Assembly (NCBI GenBank): GCA_038087875.1
Contig: JAXLNO010000291.1
Coordinates: 1-64,000 of the forward strand
Source of the DNA: Malacoraja senta
Lineage: Eukaryota
Direction of reading: 5' to 3'
DNA length: 64,000 nucleotides
Shown here piece after piece: positions 24,663-37,510 of this stretch. Made by a program: the position numbers and the translations under genes. Positions within the stretch are counted from its first letter, which is position 1. Each line of letters opens with the position of its first letter. The notes below the pieces were generated by a model. It had not been told where the DNA came from and did no database searches. It saw only the letters and a list, made by a program, of their open reading frames with translations.

Positions 24663-26244
24663 CTGCAAAGACAGGGAAGTCACCAGTCAGTATGGTCACC
24701 ACTGCAAACCGCCCAAGGACAGACTCATGTAGTCACCCCCATACTATTGGTGGTTCCTCCTCCCTTCACCCCTCTAGTTTAATTCCTGCTGTGCTTTGAT
24801 TGGCCTTGTCCAGACTTCCCAAAACTCCAGAAAACCCTGGAGTTGGAGGATTCAGAGTTTTAGTTTTTAGAGATACAGCGCAGAAACGGGCCCTTCGGCC
24901 CACGGAGTCCGCACCGACCAGCGATCCCCGCACACTAACACTAGCCTACACACACTAGGGACAATTTTACATTTATACCAAGACAATTAACCTACAAAGC
25001 GTTTATCAAAACGTCTTTGGAGTGTGGGAGGAAACCGAAGATCTTGGAGAAAACCCACGCAGGTCACGGGGTGAAGGTGCAAACTCCGTACAGACAGCAC
25101 CCGTAGTCGGGATTGAAACCGGGTCTCTGGCACTGAAAGCTCTGTAAGGCAGCAACACTACTGTTGTATCACTGTGCTGCCCTTAAAGAGGAGCCCTGAA
25201 GGGCAGGAAATCTGACCAACAACCACATGGGCAACACTTATTTTTTTCAAATGATTTTGCATGCAGGGGTGCAGTCTGTGTGGAGTTTGCATGTTCGGGT
25301 TCACCCAGGGCGCTCCGGTTTCACCACATGTCCCAAAGGTGTGGGGATGGGCAGGTGAATTGGCCTCATGCCTCACTAGGTTGGTGAGTGGTAGAATCTT
25401 CTGGGAAGCTGATGGGAATGTGGGGAGAATGAGATTGGGGTTTGTGTGTGATCGGTTGTGATATGGACTCGGTGGGCTAAAGGGCCAGTTCCTGTGGTGT
25501 ACAGTCTTACTCTATGAGGGAGTGGGGAGGGAAGGGGAGTAATTTGTCCATGAAGAGAGACTACATGGACTCCATTACTGAAAGCAACCTTCTACGCCAA
25601 AACATCCTGTGACTATAATTGCTCAGGTTGCCCTCAGCTGTAATGAAAGGCCTTTGTGAGTTCCCAATTCCCACAAACGCTAGCTCACACTGTGTGTTCT
25701 CCCATTCCAACTTCCAGAGAGGCTGGGATCAGTTCCCGGAATGTTGGGGAGTCTCATTCAGCGGAACGGTGAGGGATAAGATTGGACACAACCTGGGTGT
25801 CCTGATGGCTATCCTATGATCTCGAGAGAAAGACTGCTTCCTCTAATCAGCACTCTGATAATTAGTGCGGAAATTTAAGATAATTAACAAGATACGTATA
25901 TGGGATAAACCAAAAAGCTTTGAATACGGAGGATTAATGTGGGAAAAAAATGCTGACCAGTCGAGGGAACTGAATGCATAACTTAACAAAAAAAGACATT
26001 TGGGAAATGATTGCCATGGAAAATGAACATAGCACTTTTAGAGAACTGGCTATAACTCAATGTGGAAAACGCTCAGAATCTTAATCTATTGAATATTCCA
26101 AATCTAAACCACAAAGTTCATCGATACTTTAGTTAGAAAGTTCCCTTCTCCCGAGGGAGTTTGATGTGGGTGAGACCGTTCGTATGTGGCGATAGTCCCT
26201 CTGCACACAGAGTGAGTGTCAGAACTGTTTACATCAAACATATA

Positions 26245-26700
26245 CTCACTTATTGCAAACAGTACAGAATCAACTTCAAGCTCTTCTTATAAGTATACAA
26301 AGCCCTCAACGGGCTTGCCCTCCCCTATAACAAAAATCTTCTAACCCACCATTCTACCTCCAGGTCCCTCAGGTCGGCCGACTTGGGGCCACTGACTATC
26401 CCACGGTCTAGGTTTAAGCTCAGGGGTGACCGCGCTTTTGCGGTTGCAGCACCAAGAATGTGGAATAGCATCCCGCTCCTCATCAGAACTGCCCCCTCCA
26501 TCGACTCCTTTAAGTCACGACTCAAAACCTATTTCTACCCCCAAGCGTTTTTGAGCCCCTCTGAGGCGGGTCTGCAAACAGTTTATGTATGTATTGTTAG
26601 GTCTGTCTACCGTTGTATGTATCACGTTAGTACCTGCACGGATGTGAAGCACTTTGGTCAACGCGAGTTGTTTTTAAATGTGCTATACAAATAAATGTAT
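26245..26700 (+). mobile_element. L2-clade LINE 3' end
   Basis: Peptide GDRAFAVAAPRMWNSIP...FKSRLKTYFY and L2-type 3' end gtgaagcactttg...tgctatacaaataaa. Confidence 0.8.
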
Positions 26701-27623
26701 AATTATGATTATTACATTCGTAAATGTACACTTCAATGTGGGTCTGCGCTATCAGTCGCTCCTGTTAAACGGAATCTTGCCCTTTTCTCATAGCAGAGTA
26801 TTTCACTACTTTTATCATTGATCCATGAGGTGGGAGTAACTGGGAATTTTAGTTTAGCTTCGAGATACAACATGAAAACAGGCCCTTCGGCCGTCACAGT
26901 CCTGCTATCACAGACGGCACCAATGTCAACGGGGAGATACAAGGAACTGCAGGTGCAGGAATCTTGGCAAAACACAAAGTGCTGGAGGAACTCAGAGGAT
27001 CAGGCAGCGTTGGTGGTGGGAATGGGCAGAAACATCTCTTCAGTGTCAACAGGTAATAGATTTACTGGTTCACCCCTCACCTGTATCCACCTATCACTTG
27101 CCAGGCTTTGCCTCACCACAACATCTTTTCTCCAGCATTTCCCCCTCCAATTCTGTCAGTCTGTAGAAGGGTCCCAACCTGAAACATCATCAGCCTATCC
27201 CCTTCAGAGATGCTGCCTGACCCGCTGAGTTCCTCCAGCTCTGTTTCACTTAAGATTCTAGCATCTGTGGTCTTGTGTGTCTCCACAGGTGCTTGAGGGT
27301 CAGCATAGACATGATGGGCCGAAGGGCCTGTTTCTGAGCCGCGTGACTCTATTTTCCATTGCTTTGAGTGGTTGATAGGGAACGGTAACCCTGTGTACAC
27401 AAACGGGTTAATTCTTTATGGAGTGCGTCAAAGGAAAAGCCGTCACCCCCCAAAAATCCAGATGTTTCTGTTAATCTCACAACATCTGCCAGTGGCGTGG
27501 AGCGCAGACTCGCTGGTCCGAGGGTTATTTGAGAAGCACCGAGTAACAGGACACCGGGTAAACCTGAATCTAATTCGGTTTGGCCAGTGTAAACAGCAGC
27601 ATGGATTGGCTCCACATTTTCAC

Positions 27624-28111
27624 CTGGAAATCCCCTCTCTTACTCCACCAGCTTCTCCCCTTGACCAGGCTGTGTGGAAATATTTGGCCGCCTCTTGCCT
27701 CTCTTCCATGAGCCTCTCCCAGCTTCCTCTGGAGAACGTTTGGAAGGAGGAACACGGAGACTCTGAGTCAAAACATCCTGTTGGCCTCCCATTGGAGACG
27801 GGAGACGGCTGCAGACTGACGGCCAAATAAATGTCCAGCGCTTTGGAAGTCTGCATCTCCTGCACCAGCACCAGTACAACTGCTTCATATTTCACACCCA
27901 GAGGCATTAAATGCCCACTGTCATGCCAGGGGTGTGATATAGCCCAGGGGCCCAGGGCAATGCAGCAAACAGCCCCGTCAAGTAGAATGTCCTTGGGGTT
28001 CCAGAGGAGAGGGAGCTCAGCTACAGAGATAGAGGTTCTGCTTGGACCAAAGATGGTTGAGAAGAAGGGTTGAGGGTGGTGCGGGGCAAGATCACCAGTC
28101 ATTTGGAGACG
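27624..28111 (-). ncRNA. Candidate internal exon of the miR-23~27~24 host transcript (second copy at 32392-32879)
   Basis: Unique sequence bounded on the minus strand by acceptor ttgtctctgtctAG and donor CAG|GTgaaa; no recognisable protein. Confidence 0.3.
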
Positions 28112-30810
28112 CTAGACAGAGACAATTATTCTCATCAGCAGAGATGACCAGGAGAGAGAGAGAAAACAGGCCTTTCCATCCCATTGAGCCATTGATTCTA
28201 AGTTGATGTTCATGTCATACGAGCAGAATTAGGCTATTTGGCCCATTGATTCAATCATGGCTGATCTATCTTTCCCTCCTAACCCCATTATCCTGCCTTC
28301 TCCCCTTTATCCGACACCCGTACTAATCAATAATCTATCTATCTCCACTTTAGAAGTACCCACTGCCATCTGTGACAAAGAACTCCACACACTCACCACC
28401 CTCTAGCTAAAGAAATTCTTCCTCACCTCCTTCCTAACGGTGCGTCCTTTTATTCAGGTCCAGATTACTCGGCCAATTTACAGAGGCCAATTAACCTGCC
28501 AACCCACTCGCCTTAGGGATGTGTGAGGAAACGTACAAACTCCACACAGACAGCACCCGAGGTGAGGATTGAACCAGGGATTCTTGTGTCGTGAGGCAGC
28601 GGCTCCACCCGTTGTGCTACCGGGACTCTGCTGCGGTTGTACACCAGAACTGTGATCGATCGGCAAGCGTGGTCATGCGTTAAACAAGGAGGGTTGGGTG
28701 GCCTCTGCACCAAGTGGAAGAATGAAACATTCTCACTTTACTGATGTTCTCCCACACTCTGACATCAGCTGCAAACAGTGTCTTATTCAAGCACAGCCAC
28801 TGAGGTCATTTCTCGTTACATCAGTGGTGGTCAATCTGTAATCAGATGACTTGACTCTGGAACTAAGACATTACAGAACTGCCCAATAACGTCATGCTTA
28901 CTGAAGCCTGCAGTTACTCCAGATCACCAGCCCCACCATGCATTAAACTCAGACACCACGGGATCAATAACTTTGGTTCACCACGGGATCTATAACAATG
29001 ATTGGTTCAGTCGATTGGGTTTTTGGCAGCTGCTTCCTCCCACATCCCAAAGACACGCAAGTTAATTGGCTCAGTGAGGGCCCCTGAGTGTAGTTGAGTG
29101 GTTGGTTCTGGCCAAAGTGGTGGGTGACGGGGAAATTAGGATAGTTCCCTGAGCCAGCACGGGCTCGATGGGCTGAAGTCCGCAGCAAATGTGGAATATG
29201 GAATTCCAACACATTCTACTTAATTCCCAGCATCCACAGAGTTTGCTTTCGAAAACAACACAGAAATGAGGAAAGACCCAAAGTGCTGGAGTAACTCAGC
29301 GGGTCAGGCAGCATCTCTGGAGAACATGGATAAGTGACGTTTCGGGTCGAGGCCCTTCTTTAGACTGAGAGTCAGGGGTCTTGACCTGAAACGTCACCTA
29401 TTCCTTCTCTCCAGAGATGCTGCCTTACCCGCTGAGTGACTTCAGCTTTTTGTGTCGATCTTGGTTTTAAACCAGCATCTGCAGTTCCTTCCTACACAGA
29501 AGTGAGAAATCTGGCCGAGGCTGTTGCAGACATCTTTCTCCATGTGCCCTGGGGCCAAACATGTGCCTCGCCCGTGATCATTGACACTGATGATCTGGTC
29601 ATTATCACGTCGGTGCCTGAGGGAGGATGCTGTGTGTAAATTGGCCACCACCTTGCCCACATCAGAGCACCAGACACACCTCAACAGTTCTCCGTGTCCA
29701 GTCCGTGCTCAGGGAACCCCGGACATCTGGCAAGGTGCAGGGGAAGAGTTAGACTTGTTGTCACCTCGCCAAATACGTTTCCCTGTCTTTCCCAACAGGC
29801 TGCTTAACGCCTGGTGTCTCTCAGTGCATGTGGATGGAATTGCCAGCACCTACCCAATGGTGCAAGGCCTGGATAGACTGGATGTGGAGAGGATGTTTCT
29901 ACTAATGGGAGAGTCTAGGACCAGGGGCCATAGCCTCAGAATTGAAGGATGTTCCTTTAGGAAGGAGATGAGGAGGAATTTCTTTAGTCAGAGGGTGGTG
30001 AATCTGTGGAATTCGTTGCCACAGAAGGCGGTGGAGGCCAAGACAATGGATATTTTTAAGGCAGCAATAGACAGATTCTTGATTAGTACGGGTGTCAGGG
30101 GTTATGGGGAGAAGGCAGGAGAGAAAGAGAGAGAGAGAGAGAGATAGATCAGCCACGATTGAATGGCGGAGTAGACTTAATGGGCCGAATGGCCTAATTC
30201 TGCTCCTATCACTTATGACCTTATGACCTATCGGAGGAACAGACTGCACCTTGGCTTTTCAGCCCAGGCTCTTTTGAACACCGAAGAAAGGCACAAAAAG
30301 CTGGAGTAACTCAGCGGAAAACCTCTGCCTTCGAGACGACAAGTCAGTGACAGCGATGACTTTGTTAGAAATGTCTGCTGATGTTTTACCACCATTACTT
30401 TTACATGGTTTCCACAGAATGCCTGAAGCATGACAAAAATCTATAGTTAGCGTTTTACTGCCGCTCCCTGTTCGCAATAACATTCCTCAGCCCAATGGTA
30501 TTTGCTAGAGAAATCAGACCATACAAGACCTGCGGTTTAACAGGGCTATAAATGTCGCAGTCTACCACCATCTTATGCTGGACGTTTCTACTGGACTAAG
30601 CACCGTGATCTGGTGCTCTCGTTGACGTGAGGGGTCCCGTGAGAGGAATTTGGTTCATCTGGGGGGGGGTGTAGATTCTCCACCTGGATGTCGCCTCTTT
30701 CCCAAACCCAGCCCCAAACACAGGTCATAACCTGCGACCCAGTGGGGCTACGGAGACGGGTTGGTGCCTGAGACACAGGTCAGTCAGTGTCAGCGATCTG
30801 TGACTTGGTT

Positions 30811-31828
30811 GGCAGATGGGTGTGTGGCAGACAGGTGTGATGCAGATGGGTGTGATGCAGACGGTGTGAGGCAGACGGGTGTGAGGCAGACGGTGTGAGG
30901 CAGACGGGTGTGTGGCAGACGGGTGTGTGGCAGACGGGTGTGTGGCAGACGGGTGTGATGCAGACGGGTGTGATGCAGACGGGTGTGATGCAGACGGGTG
31001 TGAGGGAGACGGGTGTGGCAGATGGGTGTGTGGCAGACGGGCGTGTGGCAGACGGGCGTGAGGCAGACGGGCGTGAGGCAGACGGGCGTGTGACAGACGG
31101 GGGTGAGGCAGACTGGGGTGAGGCAGACATGGGTGAGGCAGACGGGGGTGAGGCAGACGGGTGTGAGGCAGACGGGCGTGAGGCAGACGGGCGTGAGGCA
31201 GACGGGCGTGAGGCAGACGGGCGTGAGGCAGACGGGCGTGAGGCAGACGGGCGTGAGGCAGACAGGGGTGAGGCAGACAGGTGTGAGGCAGACAGGTGTG
31301 AGGCAGACAGGGGTGAGGCAGACAGGGGTGAGGCAGACAGGGGTGAGGCAGACAGGGGTGAGGCAGACAGGGGTGAGGCAGACAGGGGTGAGGCAGACAG
31401 GGGGAGGCAGACGGGTGAGGCAGACAGGGGTGAGGCAGACAGGGGTGAGGCAGACAGGGGTGAGGCAGACAGGTGTGAGGCAGACAGGGGTGAGGCAGAC
31501 AGGGGTGAGGCAGACAGGGGTGAGGCAGACAGGGGTGAGGCAGACAGGGGTGAGGCAGACAGGGGTGAGGCAGACAGGGGTGAGGCAGACAGGGGTGAGG
31601 CAGACAGGGGTGAGGCAGACAGGGGTGAGGCAGACAGGGGTGAGGCAGACAGGGGTGAGGCAGACAGGGGTGAGGCAGACGGGCGTGAGGCAGACGGGCG
31701 TGAGGCAGACGGGCGTGAGGCAGACAGGGGTGAGGCAGACGGGCGTGAGGCAGACGGGCGTGAGGCAGACGGGCGTGAGGCAGACGGGCGTGAGGCAGAC
31801 GGGCGTGAGGCAGACGGGCGTGAGGCAG
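30811..31828. repeat. 15-bp minisatellite (GGCAGACRGGSGTGA)n, longer version
   Basis: About 1.0 kb of tandem 15-mers with ordered variant blocks; source of the pentapeptide-repeat ORFs in all six frames. Confidence 0.97.
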
Positions 31829-32154
31829 TTCCCACCAGCAGCAGTTTTTTGGTCTAACGATGGGGCCTGTTGAGCTGCCCAGGACAACACAGTGAATCGT
31901 GTTCTCTCTCTGGGTCACAGACTGTCAGAGGATAACTCACTAACAAACGTCTCAAACTAAGAGTCATGTTCTCCCCTCCATGTAAAAGCCACGTAGCAAC
32001 TTACAAATCCCAAACTCAACTTGTAAATGAGATATGCAAAGAGATTGAAATGAGCTGTCCGGGAGTGAAGCCGAAGTCTGTGTGGAACATTATTCTCTTG
32101 GAGATCACTGTTTCGTCTTGATTGATCACAGCAATATGCAGAGCATGAATTCCT

Positions 32155-32354
32155 NNNNNNNNNNNNNNNNNNNNNNNNNNNNNNNNNNNNNNNNNNNNNN
32201 NNNNNNNNNNNNNNNNNNNNNNNNNNNNNNNNNNNNNNNNNNNNNNNNNNNNNNNNNNNNNNNNNNNNNNNNNNNNNNNNNNNNNNNNNNNNNNNNNNNN
32301 NNNNNNNNNNNNNNNNNNNNNNNNNNNNNNNNNNNNNNNNNNNNNNNNNNNNNN
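32155..32354. other. Assembly gap (200 N)
   Basis: Run of exactly 200 n. Confidence 1.
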
Positions 32355-35300
32355 GTGTAAACAGCAGCATGGATTGGCTCCACATTTTCACCTGGAAATC
32401 CCCTCTCTTACTCCACCAGCTTCTCCCCTTGACCAGGCTGTGTGGAAATATTTGGCCGCCTCTTGCCTCTCTTCCATGAGCCTCTCCCAGCTTCCTCTGG
32501 AGAACGTTTGGAAGGAGGAACACGGAGACTCTGAGTCAAAACATCCTGTTGGCCTCCCATTGGAGACGGGAGACGGCTGCAGACTGACGGCCAAATAAAT
32601 GTCCAGCGCTTTGGAAGTCTGCATCTCCTGCACCAGCACCAGTACAACTGCTTCATATTTCACACCCAGAGGCATTAAATGCCCACTGTCATGCCAGGGG
32701 TGTGATATAGCCCAGGGGCCCAGGGCAATGCAGCAAACAGCCCCGTCAAGTAGAATGTCCTTGGGGTTCCAGAGGAGAGGGAGCTCAGCTACAGAGATAG
32801 AGGTTCTGCTTGGACCAAAGATGGTTGAGAAGAAGGGTTGAGGGTGGTGCGGGGCAAGATCACCAGTCATTTGGAGACGCTAGACAGAGACAATTATTCT
32901 CATCAGCAGAGATGACCAGGAGAGAGAGAGAAAACAGGCCTTTCCATCCCATTGAGCCATTGATTCTAAGTTGATGTTCATGTCATACGAGCAGAATTAG
33001 GCTATTTGGCCCATTGATTCAATCATGGCTGATCTATCTTTCCCTCCTAACCCCATTATCCTGCCTTCTCCCCTTTATCCGACACCCGTACTAATCAATA
33101 ATCTATCTATCTCCACTTTAGAAGTACCCACTGCCATCTGTGACAAAGAACTCCACACACTCACCACCCTCTAGCTAAAGAAATTCTTCCTCACCTCCTT
33201 CCTAACGGTGCGTCCTTTTATTCAGGTCCAGATTACTCGGCCAATTTACAGAGGCCAATTAACCTGCCAACCCACTCGCCTTAGGGATGTGTGAGGAAAC
33301 GTACAAACTCCACACAGACAGCACCCGAGGTGAGGATTGAACCAGGGATTCTTGTGTCGTGAGGCAGCGGCTCCACCCGTTGTGCTACCGGGACTCTGCT
33401 GCGGTTGTACACCAGAACTGTGATTGATCGGCAAGCGTGGTCATGCGTTAAACAAGGAGGGTTGGGTGGCCTCTGCACCAAGTGGAAGAATGAAACATTC
33501 TCACTTTACTGATGTTCTCCCACACTCTGACATCAGCTGCAAACAGTGTCTTATTCAAGCACAGCCACTGAGGTCATTTCTCGTTACATCAGTGGTGGTC
33601 AATCTGTAATCAGATGACTTGACTCTGGAACTAAGACATTACAGAACTGCCCAATAACGTCATGCTTACTGAAGCCTGCAGTTACTCCAGATCACCAGCC
33701 CCACCATGCATTAAACTCAGACACCACGGGATCAATAACTTTGGTTCACCACGGGATCTATAACAATGATTGGTTCAGTCGATTGGGTTTTTGGCAGCTG
33801 CTTCCTCCCACATCCCAAAGACACGCAAGTTAATTGGCTCAGTGAGGGCCCCTGAGTGTAGTTGAGTGGTTGGTTCTGGCCAAAGTGGTGGGTGACGGGG
33901 AAATTAGGATAGTTCCCTGAGCCAGCACGGGCTCGATGGGCTGAAGTCCGCAGCAAATGTGGAATATGGAATTCCAACACATTCTACTTAATTCCCAGCA
34001 TCCACAGAGTTTGCTTTCGAAAACAACACAGAAATGAGGAAAGACCCAAAGTGCTGGAGTAACTCAGCGGGTCAGGCAGCATCTCTGGAGAACATGGATA
34101 AGTGACGTTTCGGGTCGAGGCCCTTCTTTAGACTGAGAGTCAGGGGTCTTGACCTGAAACGTCACCTATTCCTTCTCTCCAGAGATGCTGCCTTACCTGC
34201 TGAGTGACTTCAGCTTTTTGTGTCGATCTTGGTTTTAAACCAGCATCTGCAGTTCCTTCCTACACAGAAGTGAGAAATCTGGCCGAGGCTGTTGCAGACA
34301 TCTTTCTCCATGTGCCCTGGGGCCAAACATGTGCCTCGCCCGTGATCATTGACACTGATGATCTGGTCATTATCACGTCGGTGCCTGAGGGAGGATGCTG
34401 TGTGTAAATTGGCCACCACCTTGCCCACATCAGAGCACCAGACACACCTCAACAGTTCTCCGTGTCCAGTCCGTGCTCAGGGAACCCCGGACATCTGGCA
34501 AGGTGCAGGGGAAGAGTTAGACTTGTTGTCACCTCGCCAAATACGTTTCCCTGTCTTTCCCAACAGGCTGCTTAACGCCTGGTGTCTCTCAGTGCATGTG
34601 GATGGAATTGCCAGCACCTACCCAATGGTGCAAGGCCTGGATAGACTGGATGTGGAGAGGATGTTTCTACTAATGGGAGAGTCTAGGACCAGGGGCCATA
34701 GCCTCAGAATTGAAGGATGTTCCTTTAGGAAGGAGATGAGGAGGAATTTCTTTAGTCAGAGGGTGGTGAATCTGTGGAATTCGTTGCCACAGAAGGCGGT
34801 GGAGGCCAAGACAATGGATATTTTTAAGGCAGCAATAGACAGATTCTTGATTAGTACGGGTGTCAGGGGTTATGGGGAGAAGGCAGGAGAGAAAGAGAGA
34901 GAGAGAGAGAGAGATAGATCAGCCACGATTGAATGGCGGAGTAGACTTAATGGGCCGAATGGCCTAATTCTGCTCCTATCACTTATGACCTTATGACCTA
35001 TCGGAGGAACAGACTGCACCTTGGCTTTTCAGCCCAGGCTCTTTTGAACACCGAAGAAAGGCACAAAAAGCTGGAGTAACTCAGCGGAAAACCTCTGCCT
35101 TCGAGACGACAAGTCAGTGACAGCGATGACTTTGTTAGAAATGTCTGCTGATGTTTTACCACCATTACTTTTACATGGTTTCCACAGAATGCCTGAAGCA
35201 TGACAAAAATCTATAGTTAGCGTTTTACTGCCGCTCCCTGTTCGCAATAACATTCCTCAGCCCAATGGTATTTGCTAGAGAAATCAGACCATACAAGACC

Positions 35301-35582
35301 TGCGGTTTAACAGGGCTATAAATGTCGCAGTCTACCACCATCTTATGCTGGACGTTTCTACTGGACTAAGCACCGTGATCTGGTGCTCTCGTTGACGTGA
35401 GGGGTCCCGTGAGAGGAATTTGGTTCATCTGGGGGGGGGGGTGTAGATTCTCCACCTGGATGTCGCCTCTTTCCCAAACCCAGCCCCAAACACAGGTCAT
35501 AACCTGCGACCCAGTGGGGCTACGGAGACGGGTTGGTGCCTGAGACACAGGTCAGTCAGTGTCAGCGATCTGTGACTTGGTT

Positions 35583-36363
35583 GGCAGATGGGTGTGTGGC
35601 AGACAGGTGTGATGCAGATGGGTGTGATGCAGACGGTGTGAGGCAGACGGGTGTGAGGCAGACGGTGTGAGGCAGACGGGTGTGTGGCAGACAGGTGTGA
35701 TGCAGACAGGTGTGATGCAGACAGGTGTGATGCAGACGGGTGTGATGCAGATGGGTGTGAGGGAGACGGGTGTGGCAGACGGGCGTGTGGCAGACGGGCG
35801 TGAGGCAGACGGGCGTGAGGCAGACGGGCGTGAGGCAGACTGGGGTGAGGCAGACATGGGTGAGGCAGACGGGGGTGAGGCAGACGGGTGTGAGGCAGAC
35901 GGGTGTGAGGCAGACGGGTGTGAGGCAGACGGGCGTGAGGCAGACGGGCGTGAGGCAGACGGGCGTGAGGCAGACGGGCGTGAGGCAGACGGGCGTGAGG
36001 CAGACAGGGGTGAGGCAGACAGGTGTGAGGCAGACAGGGGTGAGGCAGACAGGGGTGAGGCAGACAGGGGTGAGGCAGACAGGGGTGAGGCAGACAGGGG
36101 TGAGGCAGACAGGGGTGAGGCAGACAGGGGTGAGGCAGACAGGGGTGAGGCAGACAGGGGTGAGGCAGACAGGGGTGAGGCAGACAGGGGTGAGGCAGAC
36201 AGGGGTGAGGCAGACAGGGGTGAGGCAGACGGGCGTGAGGCAGACGGGCGTGAGGCAGACGGGCGTGAGGCAGACAGGGGTGAGGCAGACGGGCGTGAGG
36301 CAGACGGGCGTGAGGCAGACGGGCGTGAGGCAGACGGGCGTGAGGCAGACGGGCGTGAGGCAG
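35583..36363. repeat. 15-bp minisatellite, shorter version
   Basis: Same flanks and unit as 30811-31828 but about 0.24 kb shorter. Confidence 0.97.
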
Positions 36364-37034
36364 TTCCCACCAGCAGCAGTTTTTTGGTCTAACGATGGGG
36401 CCTGTTGAGCTGCCCAGGACAACACAGTGAATCGTGTTCTCTCTCTGGGTCACAGACTGTCAGAGGATAACTCACTAACAAACGTCTCAAACTAAGAGTC
36501 ATGTTCTCCCCTCCATGTAAAAGCCACGTAGCAACTTACAAATCCCAAACTCAACTTGTAAATGAGATATGCAAAGAGATTGAAATGAGCTGTCCGGGAG
36601 TGAAGCCGAAGTCTGTGTGGAACATTATTCTCTTGGAGATCACTGTTTCGTCTTGATTGATCACAGCAATATGCAGAGCATGAATTCCTGATCTTCCAGT
36701 CTACCTCATCACGGGCCCTTTTTTACCTGCACTTTCCCTGTAGCTGTAGCATTATATTCAGCACTCTGTTTATTTTCTCTTTTGCCTGAGCTGTTCCAGT
36801 CAGGCACATTATGATTTGCCTAGGCAGCACGCAAAACTAAACTTTTCACTGTATCTCGGTACACGTGACAATAATAAAATAATCCCAAATATACATTCTC
36901 TCTCCGGCAAGTATTTGCATAGTTAATGATCCCAAACTGCCTGAAAGGGGGAACTACCAAACTGAATTTGATTCCAAGTCAAATGAGGAGATACCAGGAG
37001 ACCAACGTTGAGGGCTGGCTAGAGATGGTGGTTG

Positions 37035-37510
37035 GACATTGGCCTTGGGACCTCCATCCGCAACTGGCTTCTGGACTTCCTGACCAGCATAAATGCTTCA
37101 GTCGGTCAGAGCTGGTCAGACCATCTCCTCCACTCTGGCCCTCAACACCAACGCTACTGTGGGCTGTGTGCTCGGTCCCCAGCTCTGCTCCTCGTACATC
37201 TGGGTCTATTGGGCCAAGTACATCGCCAATTCGATCTTTAAGTTTGCCGATGATACCACTATTGTTGGCAGAATCAGCAATATTGATGAGACAGAGTACA
37301 GGAAGGAGCTCTAGAGCCTTGTGTGATGGTGCAAGAACAACCTAGCCCTTAACATCAGCAAGATGCTAGAGTTGGTTGTTGACCCAAGGAAGCGAGAGGG
37401 TGAACACAACCCTGTCCTCATCAATAGAGCTGCTGTAGAGATGGTCAACAGCTTCTGGTTCCTGGGCATCCGTATCACGGCAACCTAACCTGGTCCCTTC
37501 ACACTGATAT
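37035..37510 (+). mobile_element. Rex1/Babar-like reverse-transcriptase fragment
   Basis: Frameshifted peptides NWLLDFLT and GCVLGP...KFADDTTIVGRISNIDETEYRKE. Confidence 0.8.

Larger units (their letters stand above)
27587..36689. repeat. Direct duplication 27587-32154 / 32355-36689 abutting the gap
   Basis: Near-identical copies at an initial offset of 4768; both breakpoints coincide with the gap edges. Confidence 0.95.

Noticed and set aside
27620..28102. 160-aa minus-strand ORF (duplicated at 32388-32870) as a protein-coding gene
   Set aside because: No recognisable domain; splicing to the next candidate exon gives an immediate stop; kept only as a possible non-coding exon.
29581..30147. 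188-aa and 215-aa ORFs (29581, 34349) and 180-aa ORF at 40178
   Set aside because: Chance read-through from flanking DNA into CR1 ORF2 ends; no full-length autonomous element is present in the window.
30725..31918. Long ORFs of 240-397 aa in all six frames (also 35497-36453)
   Set aside because: Translations of the stop-free 15-bp minisatellite; no splice or homology support.
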